In this document: in pieces, positions 59,301 through 64,000 of the stretch | How the letters are laid out: every line of letters begins with the position of its first letter | Numbering within the stretch: the first letter of the stretch is position 1 | DNA from: Anthoceros angustus | Taxonomy: Eukaryota; Plantae; Anthocerotophyta | Assembly (NCBI GenBank): GCA_010909165.1 | Contig: MU008157.1 | Coordinates: 558,001-622,000 of the forward strand | DNA: 64,000 nt | Reading direction: 5' to 3' | Made by a program: the position numbers and the translations under genes | The notes under the pieces: generated by a model | What the model was told of the DNA's origin: nothing | What the model saw: the letters and a program-made list of their open reading frames with translations, nothing else | The model's database searches: none

Positions 59301-62300
59301 CGTCTTTGCCCGGCTTGTTGGGCCACCTCTCACCGTTGTGTGGGCCGGGGCATCGCGAGGCTACAAGGCGGCCTCGGTCACCTCCTGCATTGCCATGTTG
59401 CTCCACACTCCGGCTCCGTCGTTTCCTCTCCATTGCCCGGCTTACCGCCATAGCGCCTTCCGCCTTTCTCGGTGGACCGGCGGCTTCTTTTACCTTCCGT
59501 GCTCGCGCTCCTCCGCTCATTCGGCCTTTAGCTCGGACTCCCTCTCCAGTGATCGGTACCTCCGTCCGACTCGACTTCCTCCGGCTCATACCGGCAACGC
59601 CCAACTCCTTGGATAGTCGCCGATTTTCCTCCGTCTTGAGGAGAGGCACTCTATTTCGTGCTCAAGTCGTGGATTCTCTCGTTGAGAATCACTGCGCTCC
59701 GCGCATCTTGGAGTTGTAGCTCCGGTGTGTCCTTGCCCTCCATCTGCCGCCTCCGCCTCCTCTACTTCCTGCGTGTACTCGGAGATCTCCTATCTCCCGT
59801 CTTGGCCTCCATCTCCTCCTTCCGCCTCCTTGGGCCACCTCCGCCTTCACTTGCTCTTGAGTTCCACCATCCTCCTCGGGTGGCCTCCATCTCCTCCTTC
59901 CTCGATCCGAGCGAGGGACTCCGCCTTTTCCTTTGCCCCTTCCGCCTCCTCCGCCTCCTCCGCCTCGCCCACTTGGCGCCGCTTAGCCGGCCGCCTCCGC
60001 CAGTCCCGAGCTCTCTCGCTTGTGCCCGGCCTCTTCCGCCTCCTCGCTCGCTCCTCCGCCTCCTCGCTCGCTCCTCCGCCCGCTTGGCCTCAGGCTTACT
60101 TGTTGTGCTGGTGAAGAACCTTAACCGATCTGTGAACCGCGGGCCTCTTCCGCCTCCTCCGCCGCCTCCTTCCTCGATCCGAGCGAGGGACTCCGCCTTT
60201 TCCTTTGCCCCTGGGCGCCTTCACTTGCTCTTGGAGTTCCACCATCCTCCTCGGGTGGCCTCCACTTCGGGTCTTCTCCATACCCACCCCAAAGCATTCC
60301 GTCCATGTGTGGCAGACTTCATGTTTCTTCCACGGCCACGGTGAGGCCCCCACAAAGTCCGTAGTGGGAGCCGGCATTTCTCCGCCAAGGACCTCCATAC
60401 CGATCGGAGTAAGTCGGCGGGGCTCCTCATCGCTGCCCGGCCCTCGAGGTCTGCCTCGACTCCCGAACTCGTGAGTCCGCTTATTTCGGTCCGCCGGGTC
60501 CGGACCTTGTCTGGGTCCGGACTGTGGTCCGGACGACACGGGTCCGGACAGTGGTCCGGCCTCCTCCGGGTCCGGACAAAGTCCGGACTCACGCCCACCC
60601 GGTTTCCTCCCTCACTCCTCCGTGGCTCTCCTCAAGTCCTCCGCTGCTCCCGATCGCCCAAGTGACTCTGGCCCCTCCTTCCATGGTGAGGTGCGCTTAC
60701 CTCGCCGCATCCGCCGCCTCCTCTCGCCTCCTCCGCCGCCTCCTCCGCTCCGTCATCTCAAACAGGGCCACTAGGGTCTGTCCCCCCGTGGCCTTCATCT
60801 CCTTCCTTCCAGGTCCGTCTGGGCGCCGAGAGGCTTCTCGCCTTGAGCTCGGGTAATAGGCAAAGTCCGAATCGACTTGTTGAATTGCCTCTTCCACGCC
60901 GAGCACCCGATACTCCCTCCGCCATAAGTGTTCCGGAGCCGGGCGCCCGGCTTGTTGGGCCACCTCTCCGCCAGACGGTGAGGAGCTGTCACGCGAGGCT
61001 ACAAGGCGGCCTCGGTCACCTCTGCATGCCATTGCTGTTCAGCTCCAGCCTCCGCTGCTTCTCCATTGCCACCACGCCATAGCGCAGCGTTCCCTTCCGC
61101 CTTTCTCACCGGACCAGCAGCTTCTTTCGCTTCCGTGCTCGCGCTCCTCCGCTCATTCGGCCTTTAGCTCGCCCTCTCCAGTGGCCTACCTCCGTCCGAC
61201 CGGACTCCACTCCTTCAGCCGGCAACGCCCAACTCCTTGGATAGTCGCCGATTTTCCTCCGCCTTGACGGAGCCGAGGCACTCTATTTCGTGCTCGAGTC
61301 GTGGATTCTCTCGTTGAGAATCACCGCCGCCCGACGCATCTTGGAGTTGTAGCTCCAGTGTCCTTGCTGCCCTCCATCTGCCGCCTCCTCTACTCCTGCA
61401 CTGCATTTCTGGAGATCCCTATCTCCCGAGGCCGGCCTCCATCTCCTCCTTCCGCCTCGCCGCATCCGCCGCCTCCGCCTTCGAGTTAGCCTCGGTACGC
61501 CGACTCTCTCCACCGGCCCGATCACGTCTGTAGTGATCCTGCCGCTCTTTGCCGCGGCTCCGACTCGCTTGGGCCCCCACTTGGCGCCTAGCCGGCCGCC
61601 TAGTCCCGAGCTCTCTCGCTTGTGCCCGGCCTCTTCCGCCTCCCCGCGCTCTCTTCACCGCAAGGTCCTCCGCCCGCTTGGCCTCTGAGCTTGTTTCACT
61701 GTCAGACATGAAGAACCTTGGCCTCGAACCGCCGGCCTGGGCTCACACCCGGCGCTTCCTTCCTCGATCCGAGCGAGGGACTCCGCCTTTTCCTTTGCCC
61801 CCGCCTTCACTTGCTCTTGAGTTCCACCATCCTCCTCGGGTGGCCTCCACTTCGGGTCTTCTCCACTGCACTACGAGACCCCAAAGCATTCCGTCCATGA
61901 CGGTAGCTGTGGACTCCGTGTTTCTTCCACGGCACCGGTGAGGCCCCCACAAAGTCCGTAGTGGAGCATTTCGGTCCGCCAAGGACCTCCATACCATCCC
62001 CGAGTAAGTCCGACTGGGTTCTCTCGGACCTAATCGGGACCCTCGGGTCCCGAGTGGTGAGGTCCGAGTCTCACCCTCTTGGCCCTCTTGGCCTCTAACT
62101 CCTTTGTGCCCTCTTTCTCCGGGCTCGGAGGAGGTGAGGGGTCCGGAGCAAGCTCTTTTGCCCCTTCACAGCCGGGGCAGGGCCGGTGGGCTGCGCGGTG
62201 ACCTCCTGCTCCTTGGGCCACGTCCTTCGCCTCCTTCGCCTCTTGACCTCTTGCCACTCCCGTGGGCGGGGGTAAGTCCGGATCGGGTTCTCCTGACCTA

Positions 62301-64000
62301 ATCAGACCTCGTGTCCCGAGTGGTGAGGTCCCGAGTCTCACCCTCTTGGCCCTCTTGGCCTCTAACTCCTTTGTGCCCTCTTTCTCCGGGCTCGGAGGAG
62401 GTGAGGGGTCCGGAGCAAGCTTTGCCCCTTCCGGGATGGGACTGCCTGTGGGTGCCGCTGACCTCCGCCTCCTTGGGCCACGTCCCTTCTCGCCTCCCAC
62501 CGCCTCTTGACCTCTTGCACCTGCAAGGTGGGTAAGGTACCGCACCTTCCGAGGTCTTTGCGTTGGTAAGCGGCCGTCTTCCGCCTCTTGGCTCCCGTTG
62601 AGTTCGTCGGGGCTCGGCGGCCGTCGTGGTTGTTGGCATTGCGGTCCGGGCCGCGCCCTCGGCATCGCTCCCTCCAGTCTTGCTGCTCGGAGGGCACCAA
62701 AAGGAGGAAGGGGAATCTCCTCCCAAACTTCCACAGGTGGTGAGGGGTTCGCTCAGGGCGTATGGTCATCCTCGATCGTCCTCCTCCAGTCGCTTGGTCT
62801 TGAAGGGCGACCCCCACCTCAGGCGCCCTTGCACGCTCTACTTGGCGGGGCCTCCGGCCCCTTCCGGGCGGCTCAAGCTCTCCTCCTTGAGCTCGAAATG
62901 TCCCCATACATGGTGTATGGTCGGCCCCGATAATGAGGGCTTCGCTCCTTAGCTTGCGTGCCTCTGGCAGAACGGCGAAGATAATCCTTCCCAGTCCGCT
63001 CTCTTCCCATGGGCGCATGCGAGAATACCAGCAGTTATCACCAAGGTGATCCACCTTGGTGGCGAGTTCAATGGACAATGATCCGGCTACGCCCGCCTCA
63101 TTGTCGGCGGATCGGATATCAACCATCCGTTGGTTGTCCGCTGCGTTCCTCAACGCCGTGGGCGGCCCTATCTTCCCTTCGCCTTAAGGGGCTCGGCACC
63201 GCCTTCCGCCTCGGCTCCCGTTGAGTTCGTCGGGGCTCGCAGCCGTCGTGGTTGTTGTTGTCGCCGGTGCCGAGCCGCCAACGCCTCCCAGATCGCCTCC
63301 CTGCACCGCTCCCGAGGGGCACCAAAAGGAGGGAAGGGGAATCTCCTCCCAAACTTCCCCGGGTGGTGAGGGGTTCGCTCACGTATGGAGTCCGGAATCC
63401 CTCCGTCCTCCCGAGTCCGCTTGGTCTTGAAGGACGACCCCCACCTCGGGCGCCCTTGCACGCTCTCGGCCTCCATTCCCGAGCGCCTGCTCAAGCTCTC
63501 CTCCTTCAGAGCTCGAAATGTCCCCATACATGAATCGTATGGGTCACCGATGGCGAGGGCTTCGCTCCTTAGCTTGCGTGCCTCTCGATCAACCGGCGAA
63601 GATAATCCTTCCCACCGCTTCCGAGCGCATGTGAATACTAACAGTTATCACCAAGGTGATCCACCTTGGTGGCGAGTTCAATGGACAATGATCCGGCTAC
63701 GCCCGCCTCATTGTCGGCGGATCGGATATCAACCATCCGTTGGTTGTCCGCTGCGTTCCTCAACGCCGTGGGCGGCCCTATCTTCCCTTCGCCTTAAGGG
63801 GCTCGGCACCGCCTTCCGCCTCGGCTCCCGTTGAGTTCGTCGGGGCTCGCAGCCGTCGTGGTTGTTGTTGTCGCCGGTGCCGAGCCGCCAACGCCTCCCA
63901 GATCGCCTCCCCTGCACCGCTCCCGAGGGGCACCAAAAGGAGGGAAGGGGGAATCTCCTCCCAAACTTCCCTGGGTGGTGAGGGGGTTCGCTCCAGACGT
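56380..64000 (-). repeat. 5' LTR region of the gypsy element, incomplete at the window edge and internally duplicated
   Basis: Begins TGTGGCGGGAC like 38039 and contains the same blocks as 38039-46200. Confidence 0.8.

Larger units (their letters stand above)
38039..64000 (-). mobile_element. Large Ty3/gypsy LTR retrotransposon (non-chromovirus type), running off the window end, with many internal duplications
   Basis: Domain order gag-PR-RT-RH-IN on the minus strand, PBS next to an LTR end, PPT next to the other LTR start. Left boundary TGTGG at 38039 inside copia-2 integrase, left flank CACAT. Confidence 0.9.

Noticed and set aside
39145-63834. Plus-strand Pro/Ser/Arg/Leu-rich ORFs across the gypsy LTR regions
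   Set aside because: Antisense shadows of the purine-rich minus-strand frame, not consistent between copies.

Overview
Eukaryotic nuclear DNA, most likely a non-seed land plant with a compact genome (hornwort- or lycophyte-like; inferred from short GT-AG introns and the TE families). The window has two zones. About 1-20 kb is a gene island: SWIM/MULE-like pseudogene, TMEM8-like membrane protein, UDP-glucose 4-epimerase, PPR pseudogene, a small MYND zinc-finger gene, plastid SufD, tRNA-Ala(AGC) with a decayed copy, a rhomboid protease, Pol III subunit RPC9 and RPS3a. A (CATGTGG)n satellite at 20.4-20.9 kb marks the switch to a nested transposon block. That block contains CRE-like non-LTR elements with a restriction-like endonuclease. 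One is split by a boundary-intact Ty1/copia element with TA...TA LTR termini that carries a tRNA-derived SINE-like unit in its leader. A second copia is interrupted by a large Ty3/gypsy element. The gypsy LTRs appear to be about 4.5 kb long and to contain a long protein-coding frame, which is the most unusual signal here. The TE block shows repeated back-jumping local duplications and many small indels, probably in part long-read assembly noise, so ORFs reconstructed there are provisional.
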